Below are positions 19,724 to 30,128 of a DNA stretch of 64,000 nt, piece by piece. This DNA comes from Trueperaceae bacterium. Its GTDB lineage: Bacteria > Deinococcota > Deinococci > Deinococcales > Trueperaceae. Position 1 is the first letter of the stretch, and every line of letters begins with the position of its first letter. Under the pieces are notes generated by a model. That model did no database searches. It saw only the letters and a program-made list of their open reading frames with translations, and was not told the origin of the DNA. The stretch spans positions 2,624,001-2,688,000 of the forward strand of contig CBDCDZ010000004.1 of NCBI GenBank assembly GCA_965215565.1, read 5' to 3'. The position numbers were made by a program, and so were the translations under genes.

Positions 19724-20593
19724 ATGCCCGAAGCTGACACCGTCCACCCTGACGCGTCGCCCCTCACCGTCCACACGCTCGCAGAGCAACTGAGGGCGTG
19801 CGGTTTAGCGCCGGGGCAGACCGTCCTCGTTCACAGCGCGATGAGCAAGCTCGGTTGGGTTTGCGGCGGTCCGGTGGCGGTAATCGGGGCGCTTTTAGAG
19901 GCACTCGGTCCGACGGGCACGCTGATGATGCCCACGCACACGACGGGCAACACCGACCCCTCGAATTGGGAGAATCCGAGCGTGCCCGAAGCGTGGTGGG
20001 AGACGATTCGCGCCTCCATGCCCGCCTTCGACCCGCGCATCACCCCGACGCGGCAGATGGGGCGCATCGCGGAACTTTTCCGCACCTATCCAGGGGTTGT
20101 TCGGAGTGCGCATCCTATCGGCTCGTTCGCCGCGCTCGGACCCAACGCGGAGAAACTCACCGAGACGCACGCTTTAGAGGAGGAGTTCGGCGACGCTTCG
20201 CCGCTCGGCACGCTCTACGCGTTAGACGGTTATATCTTGCTGCTCGGGGTGGGACACGAGAACAACACCTCGCTCCATCTTGCCGAATACCGCACCGAGT
20301 TTCCCGGTAAGACGTTTGTAGAGGAGGGCGCGGCGATGCTTAAAGAGGGCGAGCGGCGCTGGGTCACGTTTCAGTCGTTGGACTGGGAACCGGACGACTT
20401 CGGGACGCTGGGCGACGCTTATGAGAAAGCGCACGAGATAAGGCGTCACCCCGTCGGACGCGCCGAAGCGCGCTTCATGAAGCAGCGTCCGCTCGTGGAC
20501 TGGGCGGTCAGGTGGATGGAGGAGAACCGGACGGACAGCGAGGTACCGGGAGGGGCTCGAGCAGCATTTCCGCCAGGACGAAAGCGTGATTGA
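19724..20593 (+). CDS. AAC(3)/YokD family N-acetyltransferase
   Basis: VLVHSAMSKLGWVCGG, RSAHP, NTSLHLAE. Confidence 0.92.
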   Translation: MPEADTVHPDASPLTVHTLAEQLRACGLAPGQTVLVHSAMSKLGWVCGGPVAVIGALLEALGPTGTLMMPTHTTGNTDPSNWENPSVPEAWWETIRASMPAFDPRITPTRQMGRIAELFRTYPGVVRSAHPIGSFAALGPNAEKLTETHALEEEFGDASPLGTLYALDGYILLLGVGHENNTSLHLAEYRTEFPGKTFVEEGAAMLKEGERRWVTFQSLDWEPDDFGTLGDAYEKAHEIRRHPVGRAEARFMKQRPLVDWAVRWMEENRTDSEVPGGARAAFPPGRKRD

Positions 20594-20788
20594 ACGGCTC
20601 TGAGCACTTTTCATGACGGGCTCGAGACCGCCCCTCTAGGCTCAAACTTTCATTAACATTCCTATCTTGCTTAGCACGCGCCAAACCAGGTATTATTGTG
20701 AAGTATCTAACGTTGTTGTCATTTAGGAAAGAGCGCACTGCTGCGCGACCTCATCAATTCGCATAACGCGAACCAGAAAAGGAGACTC

Positions 20789-21631
20789 ATGAAATCTGCT
20801 ATCACTTTACTCGCCGCACTCACGTTAGGTTTCAGCCTCTCTCTGGGTAGTGCACAGTCCACGGGCGGCGCAACAGGCGGGATGGACACGGGCGGAACCG
20901 CGCAGGGCGCGACGATGGACTTGGGCGGACAAACCATCATCGTCGGCTCGGACACGACGTATCCGCCTTTCGAGACCGTCAACGACGCGGGCGAGATTGT
21001 CGGCTTCGACGTAGACGTGGTGAACGCTGTCTGCGAGCGCGTCAACTGCCAGCCGGAGTTCCAGACCTACGCTTGGGACGGTCTCGTCGCGGCGATTGGC
21101 TCGGGCACCTTTCAAGACTTCGACATGATCGCTTCGGGCGTCACGATTACCGACGAGCGCGACCAGACGGCGGATTTTAGCGACCCCTACATCTTCGTGC
21201 AGCAAGCGATTGCGACGACCGTACAGAACGAGGGCTTGACTGCCGAAGACTTCACAGCGGAAGACAGCGACCTCTTGCTCGGCTCACAGCTCGGCACCAC
21301 GAACTACAACTTGGCGTTGGAACTCGTCGGCGAGGAGCGCACCGTCTCCTACGACGACTTCAACAGCGCGGTGCAAGCGCTTCTCCAGGGCGACGTGGAC
21401 GGCGTCATCTTAGACGACATCACCGCGGTTGAGTTCGAAGACCAGTACGCGGGCGACTTGGTTGTGAATATTCGTGGTCTTTCGGACGGTGAGCCTTTAG
21501 GCTTCGTCTTCGAAGAGGGTGACGAACTCATCGACGCCTTTAACGCCGGGCTCGACATGATTCAAGAAGACGGTACCTTAGACGAGCTTCGCGCTCAGTA
21601 CAACCTCGGCGACAGCGAGATGAGCCAGTAA
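20789..21631 (+). CDS. Polar amino-acid ABC transporter substrate-binding protein
   Basis: Signal peptide, DTTYPPFE, GFDVD, SGVTITDER. Confidence 0.93.
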   Translation: MKSAITLLAALTLGFSLSLGSAQSTGGATGGMDTGGTAQGATMDLGGQTIIVGSDTTYPPFETVNDAGEIVGFDVDVVNAVCERVNCQPEFQTYAWDGLVAAIGSGTFQDFDMIASGVTITDERDQTADFSDPYIFVQQAIATTVQNEGLTAEDFTAEDSDLLLGSQLGTTNYNLALELVGEERTVSYDDFNSAVQALLQGDVDGVILDDITAVEFEDQYAGDLVVNIRGLSDGEPLGFVFEEGDELIDAFNAGLDMIQEDGTLDELRAQYNLGDSEMSQ

Positions 21632-21700
21632 AGCCTCGAGCACTCTGAAAACGTCCTACCGCAAAAGTAGGACGTTTTCTTTTTAGCGGTACACTCTTCT

Positions 21701-22951
21701 ATGTCAACCTCTAAGTCGGATAACACCAACGATGTCACAAACGATACTGCAGTGGGGGTGACGCGCCCCTACGGGAGGATGCTAGGACGTATTAAGCCGA
21801 GCTACCTCGTGTTGCTGGCGCTCCTCCCTCTATTTATCTACCTCTTTATCTTCAATCAAACTTATCAAGACGCCCTGCGCTTCATCCTGCCGGGCATTGC
21901 GATGACGGTTGCGCTGACGTTTACCTCCTACACGCTCGCATTTGTGTGGGGGTTGGTTCTAGCGGGCTTGCAATTTTTGGACAAAGGACCGCGCAGCACG
22001 CTCGTTTTCCTTATCGTCGGACTCTTTTTCGGCGCGGTAGCTACCGGGCTCTACCTCTTGCCGAAGCAGGGGTACGCGCTCATCGGCGAGGCGGAGGGTA
22101 CGGTTGCCATTATCAGCGGCACGCCCGACAACTTGAGCGACGCGGTGCGTGAAGGAACCTACGAAGAGGGCGCACCGGAGCGGCGCTTCCGAGCGGTGCC
22201 GACGGCTCAAGCAGCCCTCGACCGCATCGAATCAGGAACCTATACAGGTGCGCTCGTACCGCGCGAAGTGGTACCGGAAGGTGCGAACGTGCTCTGGGAA
22301 ACCTCGGTGCTGCCGACCTCGAGGCTCAACCTCATCGCCGTTTCGGGCGCGATAGGCGTCATCATCTCTCTGCTCGCTTTTGCAAGCTGGCAGAGCGGGG
22401 AACACCCTCTAGCCATCTTCGCCGAACTTTACATCGACATCGTGCGCGGCATTCCGATGATCGTGCTGATCGTCTTTATCGGGCTCGTACTGCCGGGTGA
22501 ACTGGGACGTTTAGGACTGCTCTTCGAACCCGAGAACCGCTTTTTACGCGACTTACAACGGGGTACGTTAGCCGTTGGCTTGGCGTACGCCGCATTTATG
22601 GCGGAGATTTTTCGCGCTGGGATTCAAGCCGTGCCGAAAGGTCAGCGGGAGGCGGCAAAGGCGCTCGGGCTCTCCGGCTGGCAGGTCTCTCGCTTCGTCG
22701 TCTTGCCGCAAGCGCTTAAAATCGTGATTCCGCCTTTAGGCAACGAGTTCATCGCCATGTTCAAGGATACGGCGCTCGTCTCGGTCATCGGTACGGGTGA
22801 TATTTTCAGGCTTGCCAGGGAGTTTGCGGCGGCGCGGCTCAATAACATTCCGCCCTTCAACACGGCTGCTGTGATTTACATCGCGCTGACGGTTGGAGCC
22901 TCGAGCATCTTGCGGTGGCTCGAGCGGCGTACGGATACCGAGAGCCGCTAA
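21701..22951 (+). CDS. Amino-acid ABC permease with an inserted extracytoplasmic domain
   Basis: YIDIVRGIP, AEIFRAGIQAVPKGQREAAKALG. Confidence 0.92.
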   Translation: MSTSKSDNTNDVTNDTAVGVTRPYGRMLGRIKPSYLVLLALLPLFIYLFIFNQTYQDALRFILPGIAMTVALTFTSYTLAFVWGLVLAGLQFLDKGPRSTLVFLIVGLFFGAVATGLYLLPKQGYALIGEAEGTVAIISGTPDNLSDAVREGTYEEGAPERRFRAVPTAQAALDRIESGTYTGALVPREVVPEGANVLWETSVLPTSRLNLIAVSGAIGVIISLLAFASWQSGEHPLAIFAELYIDIVRGIPMIVLIVFIGLVLPGELGRLGLLFEPENRFLRDLQRGTLAVGLAYAAFMAEIFRAGIQAVPKGQREAAKALGLSGWQVSRFVVLPQALKIVIPPLGNEFIAMFKDTALVSVIGTGDIFRLAREFAAARLNNIPPFNTAAVIYIALTVGASSILRWLERRTDTESR

Positions 22952-23180
22952 AGGTGTTCCGTCTTGTGTTCGTGCTGAACCGTTCCTCTCGCGAGCTTGC
23001 GTAGTCTCATACACATAGCGTTTCCACGTTTCATTGCTGTAGCAATGAAACGTGCTTGTCGGATGCGTTCACGAAGTCGCCAGTGGGAGCGAAGTGACGC
23101 GCAAGCCTTGAAGAAATAAATGCAGGGCAGTTGGTGCAGCGAAGCGTGGAATTGCTAACAAAACGTGATGCACCGCCGAA

Positions 23181-23582
23181 TTATCCAAAAGGCACGCCTG
23201 CCACCAGGATGAGGTTGCAGTACGGCGTGAATTCACCTGTGCGAACGACGGCTTTGGCCCGAGCCGATCTCTCTTTCAACTCTTCATGAGAGATGCGCTC
23301 TAAAGGGACCTCTTTCAACCACAACCGCTCCAACTCCGCCGCCGCATCCGGTGACACTTCGGGCTGTTCCGCGTTGGCGAGTCCTCTTTCGACGACGAGT
23401 TCCTCGAGGATGGTCTGAACAGTATCAGCAAACGAGGGAACGCCAGGTTTGAGCGCCAAGTCAATCACCGGAACGCCAGCGGGAACGGGCAAGCCCGCGT
23501 CCCCAATTACCAAGAGGTCGCCATGACCCAGCGAGGCGACGAGGCGCGAGAGTTCGCCGTGAAGGATACCCGTGCGTTTCAT
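23181..23582 (-). CDS. rbsD: D-ribose pyranase
   Basis: LGHGD, DAGLP, RTGEFTPY. Confidence 0.95.
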   Translation of the reverse strand: MKRTGILHGELSRLVASLGHGDLLVIGDAGLPVPAGVPVIDLALKPGVPSFADTVQTILEELVVERGLANAEQPEVSPDAAAELERLWLKEVPLERISHEELKERSARAKAVVRTGEFTPYCNLILVAGVPFG

Positions 23583-23643
23583 ACGTCAAGTCATACGTCA
23601 AGAGGCTGAGTGGAGTGTCCACTCAGCCCAAGAGGTAAAGAGG

Positions 23644-24585
23644 TCAATTGCCGCCCGTCCCGCTACCACCTGTTCCGCTACCGGTCCCCGTTGCGCTGAT
23701 GCCCTCACACTCGGTATTGGTGACGAGTTCCAACTCCACCGCGATGCTCTCCGTCTCGCTCGGCACTTCGCCGCCCACCGCACGCTCCGCTGCGCCGATG
23801 GCCTCTTCTCCGAGTTGGTCCGGGCGCTGCGCAACGGTTGCGGCTAAGCGGCACTCCTGGACGGCTTGCCGCGCGTCGTCCGTACCGTCGAAACCGACGA
23901 CAAGCATGTCGCGTCCGCTCGGCTCGATCGCTTGAAGTGCGCCCAACGCCATCTCGTCGTTGTGGGCGAAGACCGCGCCGATGTCGGGTTGCGCGACGAG
24001 GATATTCTCCATGACCGACAAACCTTCAGCGCGGTTGAAGTTCGCGGTTTGGCTGGCGATGATGCTGGCGCTCGAGCACTCGTCACTCATGTACTCGTTG
24101 AAGCCTTGCCCGCGCTCCCTAGTCGCGCTCGCACCAGGGATACCTTCCAACTCCACGACATTGCCATCGCTGCCGAGCTGGTTACAGATAAACTCCGCTG
24201 CTAATTCTCCACCTGCGACGTTGTCTGAGGAAATAAAGTACGCTACGTCACCGCCGTTGATCGCTCTATCTACTGCGATGACAGGAATACCCGCGTCGTT
24301 TGCTGAGCGCACCGCAGGCACCACCGCGTCCGAATCCGTCGCGTTGATAATGAGCGCGTCCACGCCGCGCTGCACCAGGTCTTCGATGTCCGAAATCTGC
24401 GTGCTGACGCTATCTTGCGCGTCGGTGACGATGAGTTCATAGCCCGCCTCGTCCACCGCCGCCTGAGCGCCGTCGCGCAAGGTGACGAAGAAGGGGTTGT
24501 TCAGCGTCGAGAGCGATAAGCCGACGCTTTGGGCGCTCGTAAGCGTAAAGAGCGAGAGGACGAGCAGGGCAAAGAGGTTGCGCAT
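23644..24585 (-). CDS. rbsB: Ribose ABC substrate-binding protein
   Basis: STLNNPFF, SDNVAGG, NDEMALGA, VGFDG. Confidence 0.92.
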   Translation of the reverse strand: MRNLFALLVLSLFTLTSAQSVGLSLSTLNNPFFVTLRDGAQAAVDEAGYELIVTDAQDSVSTQISDIEDLVQRGVDALIINATDSDAVVPAVRSANDAGIPVIAVDRAINGGDVAYFISSDNVAGGELAAEFICNQLGSDGNVVELEGIPGASATRERGQGFNEYMSDECSSASIIASQTANFNRAEGLSVMENILVAQPDIGAVFAHNDEMALGALQAIEPSGRDMLVVGFDGTDDARQAVQECRLAATVAQRPDQLGEEAIGAAERAVGGEVPSETESIAVELELVTNTECEGISATGTGSGTGGSGTGGN

Positions 24586-24681
24586 AAGGTTCTCCTTTGA
24601 GTTGAGTTTTGATACGTCTAAACTAGTGTACCGTGCGAATTGGCGTTTGTCCAAAAACGTTTTTCAAGTTGGAGGACAACT

Positions 24682-25098
24682 TCAGGAAGCGGACGGCTGC
24701 TGTGCTAGCGCGGCTTGAAGCTCTGACACCAACACTTCATGCTCGTCACTGAGAAAGTCACCGAACACGCGGTGGACCTCGAGCAGCAACTTTAGCGCCT
24801 TCTCCTTTAGCGCAAGCGCCCTCGCCGCCTCGCCCTCCTGTTCGGAAAGCTGGTAGAGCAGTCTCGCGCTGATGTAGACCTTGTCAATGTCCAAAGTTCC
24901 GGTTGCCGCGTAGAGGTTGCGAAGCTGCTGCGGACCGAGCGCGATGAGGGTCTCTAAGCTGAGCCCGGTGAAGGTGAGGCTGAGTTCTTCTAAATCGTTG
25001 AACGTGACTTGCCCCCTGGCGCGTGCACCGAAGAGGAGTGCGGCGAGCATTTCTGAGAACTGCTTGATGGTCCGCATGATGTAGTCGGGCTGGTACAT
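24682..25098 (-). CDS. Hypothetical helical protein (DUF6483-like N-terminus) inserted in the rbs operon
   Basis: MYQPDYIMRTIKQF; lies between rbsC and rbsB. Confidence 0.65.
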   Translation of the reverse strand: MYQPDYIMRTIKQFSEMLAALLFGARARGQVTFNDLEELSLTFTGLSLETLIALGPQQLRNLYAATGTLDIDKVYISARLLYQLSEQEGEAARALALKEKALKLLLEVHRVFGDFLSDEHEVLVSELQAALAQQPSAS

Positions 25099-25159
25099 GG
25101 CTTATCCTTAGTAGACGAGTTGTAGTTGTTTTTTTCAGTGTACACGGATAAGAGCATTT

Positions 25160-25379
25160 CAGCTAGTCAGCACAGGTGAAGGCTAAGCAGCGGGTGCAAC
25201 GGCAGGGCGCCCTGCCCGTAACGCGACCACGCCTAACGAGCCTTTGAGCTTTGCTCTAACCTGTGTCAGCTAGTCAGGAAAATCAAAAACCTGAAATCCA
25301 GTCGAGCTGGTGGCTTTAGCTTCCGTTTACGGAGTTTTCGCAAGCTGCGAAGGGAACGAACGGTGCTGACTAGCTGACA
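25160..25379. repeat. Inverted-repeat element (CAGCTAGTCAGCAC / GTGCTGACTAGCTG) with an internal third copy
   Basis: Copies at 25160-25173, 25264-25277 and 25363-25379. Confidence 0.7.
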
Positions 25380-25402
25380 TGCTTGTCTTGCTAACCAGTT
25401 CC

Positions 25403-26371
25403 TCAACTGCGGTTCGCCAAAATCCTATCAATGAGTAGCGCTAGCAAAATCACCCCTCCTTTCACAATCTGCTGGAAAAATGACTCGATATTCAGGAGGT
25501 TCATCCCGTTGTTGATGACGCCGATGATGAGCGCCCCGATGAGCGTGCCGAACACGCCGCCCCGTCCACCGAAGAGCGACGTGCCGCCCACGACCACCGC
25601 CGCAATCGCGTCGAGTTCGAACATCGTACCCGCGGTGGGTTGTGCGGAGTTGAGCCTTCCCGTCAGGACGAGTGCGGCGAGCGCCGAAGCGAAGCCCGTG
25701 TAAGCGTAGGTGAAGAGAAGCACGCGCCGCACCGGAATCCCGGAGAGCCGCGCCGCCTCTTCGTTGCCGCCGATGGCGTAAACTGAGCGCCCGAGCGCCG
25801 TGTACTGAAGCAAAACGTGCGTCACGAGGAGAAAGGCGAGCATGATCCAAATCGGCATCGGCACGCCCAAAAACGTCCCGTAGCCGAGCGTGCTGAAGAC
25901 TTCGGGCAGCCCGCTCACGGGGCGTCCGTCGGTCCAGGCAAGCGCCATCCCCCGGAAGATCGTGAGCCCCGCGAGCGTGACGATAAAGGGCGCGATGCCC
26001 GCGTACGCCACGAACGCACCGTTCGCCATCCCCAGAAGGACGCCGACGCCGAGCCCCGCTAAGATAACGAGCGGCACCGCCAAACCGCCGCCCTCACCGC
26101 TAGTGCCGCCGACCGCCAAGCTCGCGCTGAAGACGCCGACGAACGCTAAAAGCGAGCCCACCGAGAGGTCGATGCCGCGCCCGATAATGACCACCGTCAT
26201 ACCGAAGGCGATAATCGCGTTGATCGAAATCTGCCGCAGCACGTTGATGATGTTGGACATCGTGAGGAAACGGTCTGAGAGAAGCGACAGGACCACGACG
26301 AGTAGGATGAGGGCGAAAAGGAGCCCGAAGCGGGCTAAGATGTTGCGCCAATTAACGTGCGCCAGTGACAT
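25403..26371 (-). CDS. rbsC: Ribose ABC permease
   Basis: GIDLSVGS, GGNEEAARLSGI, ELDAIAAVVVGGTS. Confidence 0.92.
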   Translation of the reverse strand: MSLAHVNWRNILARFGLLFALILLVVVLSLLSDRFLTMSNIINVLRQISINAIIAFGMTVVIIGRGIDLSVGSLLAFVGVFSASLAVGGTSGEGGGLAVPLVILAGLGVGVLLGMANGAFVAYAGIAPFIVTLAGLTIFRGMALAWTDGRPVSGLPEVFSTLGYGTFLGVPMPIWIMLAFLLVTHVLLQYTALGRSVYAIGGNEEAARLSGIPVRRVLLFTYAYTGFASALAALVLTGRLNSAQPTAGTMFELDAIAAVVVGGTSLFGGRGGVFGTLIGALIIGVINNGMNLLNIESFFQQIVKGGVILLALLIDRILANRS

Positions 26372-27797
26372 AACTGACCACCTCCTCGTAGGATATAGGG
26401 GTGTGAAGTTCGTGGGCAACTTTACCGTCGCGGAAGACCAGGATGCGGTCACAGAGCCCGATGAGTTCTTCGGTATCGCTCGAGGACACCACGAGCCCCA
26501 GTCCATCTTTCGCAAGTTCATCAATCACGTCGTAGATTTCGCTGCGCGCGCCCACGTCGACACCTCTTGTGGGCTCCTCGAGCAGCAGCAAACGCGGCTC
26601 CGTTGCCAGCGCCTTGCCAACGACGACCTTCTGTTGGTTGCCGCCGGAAAGTTCTGAAACGAGCTTATCCGGCTCCGGTGGACGCAAGCCGAGTCGCTCA
26701 ATCCACCTTTTCGCCTCCTCTCGCTCCTGTCCACGCTGCAAAAAGCCTGCCCGCTGAATGCGCTGCAAGATGGCGAGCGTCAGGTTTTCCTGCACCGAAC
26801 GTTGGGTCACGAGCCCTTGCGACTTCCTATCACCCGGCACGAAGAAGAGCCCGTCATCAATCGCCTCTTTAGGCGAGCCCACCGCGTCCCCGTTCAGCGT
26901 CGCGTTGCCCTCTTCGCCGAAGAGCACGCCCAATACGCGCCCGCGCCCCGAGCCGACGACGCCAGCCAGCCCAACGATTTCACCCCGCTTGACTTCGATG
27001 TCGCCGCGCTCTAAACCTTCCGCTTCAAAGGTGAACGTTGCTAATACCTCTTCTTCCGCGCTGCTCTCGCGGCTGTAGCGCTTCACGTCTCGCCCAACCA
27101 TTGCCCGCACCACTTCATCAGGCTCGACCTCATCCGTACGGTGCGTCGCCACCCACGCGCCGTCACGCAAAACCGTCACGCGGTCCGCGATATCAAAAAT
27201 CTCTTCTAGCCGGTGGCTGATGTAGATGAGGCTCGTGCCGCCCTCTCTAAGCTTGCGCACAATGCTGAAAAGCCGCTGCGTCTCGCCCGAGGAGAGCGCG
27301 GCGGTGGGCTCGTCCAGGATGAGGATGCGCCCTTCTCTCGCCACCGCCTTGGCGATTTCGATGAGTTGCTGCTCGCCGACGCTCAAGGAATTCACGGACG
27401 CCGCCGGGTTCACATTTAGCTCGACCTCTTCCAAAAGAGGTTTCGCCCGCTCGCGCATCTCACTGTGACGCACGAAGGGCGAGAGCCGTCCTAAAAAGAG
27501 GTTTTCCGCAACGGACAAGTGCGGCACGAGCGCGAGTTCTTGGTAGACCATCGCCACACCGTGCGACTGCGCCTCGGAAACGCTGCCAAAAGAGACCTCT
27601 TCACCGTTTAGCTTGAGCTTGCCCGAAGTCGGACGCTGCGCGCCCGCCAAAATCTTCATCAGCGTGCTTTTACCCGCGCCGTTTTCGCCCACGAGCGCGT
27701 GGACTTCGCCCTTTTCTAAGCTGAAGTTCACCTTTTCAAGCGCCACGACTGCGCCAAAATGCTTGCTGATACTTTGCATCTCGAGCATCACACCCAC
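26352..27797 (-). CDS. rbsA: Ribose ABC ATP-binding protein
   Basis: GENGAGKST, LSGGNQQKV, two ABC domains. Confidence 0.92.
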   Translation of the reverse strand: MGVMLEMQSISKHFGAVVALEKVNFSLEKGEVHALVGENGAGKSTLMKILAGAQRPTSGKLKLNGEEVSFGSVSEAQSHGVAMVYQELALVPHLSVAENLFLGRLSPFVRHSEMRERAKPLLEEVELNVNPAASVNSLSVGEQQLIEIAKAVAREGRILILDEPTAALSSGETQRLFSIVRKLREGGTSLIYISHRLEEIFDIADRVTVLRDGAWVATHRTDEVEPDEVVRAMVGRDVKRYSRESSAEEEVLATFTFEAEGLERGDIEVKRGEIVGLAGVVGSGRGRVLGVLFGEEGNATLNGDAVGSPKEAIDDGLFFVPGDRKSQGLVTQRSVQENLTLAILQRIQRAGFLQRGQEREEAKRWIERLGLRPPEPDKLVSELSGGNQQKVVVGKALATEPRLLLLEEPTRGVDVGARSEIYDVIDELAKDGLGLVVSSSDTEELIGLCDRILVFRDGKVAHELHTPISYEEVVSYVTGAR

Positions 27798-27823
27798 GTC
27801 CCCTCCTCTCGAGCTTCAACCTT

Positions 27824-27979
27824 TAGCAGGTATCATCTGGTTTGAGACACGCTCACCGTACAAAACGGTGTTTCCTATGGAAAACTGCGTAACTAACACG
27901 CACATTATGAGATGAAATCCCGCTAGTCCTTGCGGACAGAGACCTGCGACATTTTGTCTCAGTATGTCTTGGAACTGCT
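27824..27979 (+). repeat. Family A element
   Basis: Full-length copy. Confidence 0.9.
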
Positions 27980-28098
27980 TCTTGATGACGACTACGCTAT
28001 CTCGCACCGCCTTACGTCCTAACTTGGTGAATTTGAATGGAGTCTAACAGAAAACGTGCTAGAGGATGGACGACGAATCGTGCTCTACAAACCACGCT

Positions 28099-29223
28099 TT
28101 ATAGTCCACGCATGGTGAACATGTGCGCGAACACGCGCTTAGCAGGTGTTCGCAAAATGCCACGTAACCCAAAATCTCGGAGCGGCGCGAGCTTCGTCCC
28201 GCGTCCCATTATGGTGTTGAATTCGGCGCGAAGAATCGCAGCTTTGGCGGCGCGGCGGCGGGTCTGGCTGTAGCGTTCTAAAGAGGTCTCGAGCCCTTCG
28301 GTCTCGAGCGCGTCTGCTAACGCCCAAGCGTCCAACCAGCCCAAGTTCATCCCCTGTCCACCAATCGGGCTCACCACGTGCGCCGCGTCCCCTGCTATTG
28401 CGATTCGCCCTGCGGCGAACCTCTTCGCCAAGTACCGCTCCACGCCGAACGCGCTCAGCATGGTGTTCGTTTCAGTGGGGACCTCAACGCCTAACCTCTT
28501 ACGTACGGCGTCCGTCAAATCTTCCGGTGTAGGACTTTCTAATAGGTGCGGCATCTTTACGACCCAGCGCCGCACCTCATTCGGCAAGGGAAACGATTCG
28601 ATGATGCCGTCCGGGGTCAAGTAGAGCGCCGCGTGAGACCCTAAATCCGTGAGGTCAGCGAAGTCGCCCATGAGGTAGGTGTCGGGGTAGCGCCCGCCCT
28701 TAAAAGGAATCTTCGCTGCTCCTCGCACCACGCTGTTTTTGCCGTCGCAGCCGATGACGGATAGGGCTTTCAAGATTCGCCTTTCCCCGTCAAGTTCGCA
28801 CGTCACCTCGGCGTAGTCTCCTCTATCTCGAACGTTCAGGACGTTCGTCCGCCGCCACAGCGCACCGGGGCGAAGCGTACAGAGGTGAGTTTCTAAAAGG
28901 TTCTCCGTCACGTACTGCGGTAACGTGAGGACGAACGTGTACGGCTCCGGGCAGAGTGAAAAGTCGAGTTCGCCCAAAGGTTTAGAGCAGCCGAACGCGA
29001 GTCCTTTTTTGACCTTGACCCCTTCTGCTAAGAGGTCAGCCACCAGCCCAAGTTCCTCGAACCTCTCCAAAGATGGCGGATGAATCCCGATGGAGCGCGA
29101 GTGCTGCAAGGGCTCCGCGTGCTTTTCTAAAACGATAAAGCGGAGCCCCAACTGCGCCAAACGGCACCCCAAAAAGAGCCCGACAGGTCCGCCCCCGACG
29201 ATGACCGCGTCAAGCATCGCCAT
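28099..29223 (-). CDS. FAD-dependent monooxygenase
   Basis: GGGPVG, GCDG, GDAAH...GGQGMNLG. Confidence 0.92.
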   Translation of the reverse strand: MAMLDAVIVGGGPVGLFLGCRLAQLGLRFIVLEKHAEPLQHSRSIGIHPPSLERFEELGLVADLLAEGVKVKKGLAFGCSKPLGELDFSLCPEPYTFVLTLPQYVTENLLETHLCTLRPGALWRRTNVLNVRDRGDYAEVTCELDGERRILKALSVIGCDGKNSVVRGAAKIPFKGGRYPDTYLMGDFADLTDLGSHAALYLTPDGIIESFPLPNEVRRWVVKMPHLLESPTPEDLTDAVRKRLGVEVPTETNTMLSAFGVERYLAKRFAAGRIAIAGDAAHVVSPIGGQGMNLGWLDAWALADALETEGLETSLERYSQTRRRAAKAAILRAEFNTIMGRGTKLAPLRDFGLRGILRTPAKRVFAHMFTMRGL

Positions 29224-29920
29224 CTCGAATCAGCAAGAGGTGAAAGGGAAACGTGCGTTCGGCGCGCCAGCCTTGCGTTTCGGTACCTTGTACAACCTCT
29301 TGTAACTCATCCCTCGTGAAGCTCCGCCGGATGGAGATGAGCCCGTCGTGTGCGATAAACGAGCGGTGAAAAAAGGGTAGGGCGAGCGCGGCAAAGCCCG
29401 CGTAGGCGAAGTCAGCGCGTTCTAAGTCTTTGTGGACGACGGGACCCCGGCTGAGCTTCGCGCTCTCGCGGCAGATAGTTTGGACCTCTTCCGCCGAGAG
29501 GTGATGTAGAAGGTGGTTCGAGGTCACGAGGTCGAAGGTCTCCCCTGCTCGCAAGAGGTCAGTCGTCGAGACGCACCGAAAGGTGACGTTTTCGGGATGA
29601 GGTTGTGACCGTGCGTAAGAGATAGCGCGCTCGTCCGGGTCGATTGCGGTAATCGTCAGATTGATTCTGTCCCTTGCCGCCCACTTCGCCACCCTTCTCG
29701 GAATGTCACCCCCACCCGAGCCAACGTCTAAGAGGTGTGTATGGCTTCTAGTAGCGGCGAAAGGCAGGATGAAGCGCCTGTAAACCTTGTCCCAGCCCGA
29801 TACCAAAGCGTTGACCGCACCGAACTGCGCGTAAGTGTTGCGCAGCTTTTCCGGGTCACACTCGGAGTCGTCCATCTTCTCGCGCAAGTCCGTCTCGCGC
29901 TGTCGCAAAAAAAGTGGCAT
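29210..29920 (-). CDS. SAM-dependent methyltransferase
   Basis: LLDVGSGGG, NHLLHHL; clustered with the type III PKS. Confidence 0.9.
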   Translation of the reverse strand: MPLFLRQRETDLREKMDDSECDPEKLRNTYAQFGAVNALVSGWDKVYRRFILPFAATRSHTHLLDVGSGGGDIPRRVAKWAARDRINLTITAIDPDERAISYARSQPHPENVTFRCVSTTDLLRAGETFDLVTSNHLLHHLSAEEVQTICRESAKLSRGPVVHKDLERADFAYAGFAALALPFFHRSFIAHDGLISIRRSFTRDELQEVVQGTETQGWRAERTFPFHLLLIRDGDA

Positions 29921-30044
29921 CAGGTGACGAAGCGGTTAGCCAAAGCTTTTAGCTAACGGCTGATAGCCCTATCGGTAGTGGTCCTAAACCGAACGCCACC
30001 GTGTGATCCTTCTGCTGTCTCCACGTGACGAACGACACGTGATA

Positions 30045-30070
30045 AACAAGGGATTGCAACCCCTTGCTTC
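30045..30070 (+). repeat. REP-like hairpin family B
   Basis: AACAAGGGATTGCAACCCCTTGCTTC. Confidence 0.8.
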
Positions 30071-30128
30071 AGGGCCCGTGTCATTCCAGATAAAGCCACT
30101 ACCGCCCCATCTACTAAAGACCCAACCT

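Noticed and set aside
19724..20593. Acquired aminoglycoside resistance gene
   Set aside because: YokD-like chromosomal family, host-like composition, no resistance-cassette context.
23025..23054. Fourth parS site
   Set aside because: CACGTTTCATTGCT/AGCAATGAAACGTG is a longer hairpin between convergent genes and does not match the 16-bp parS.
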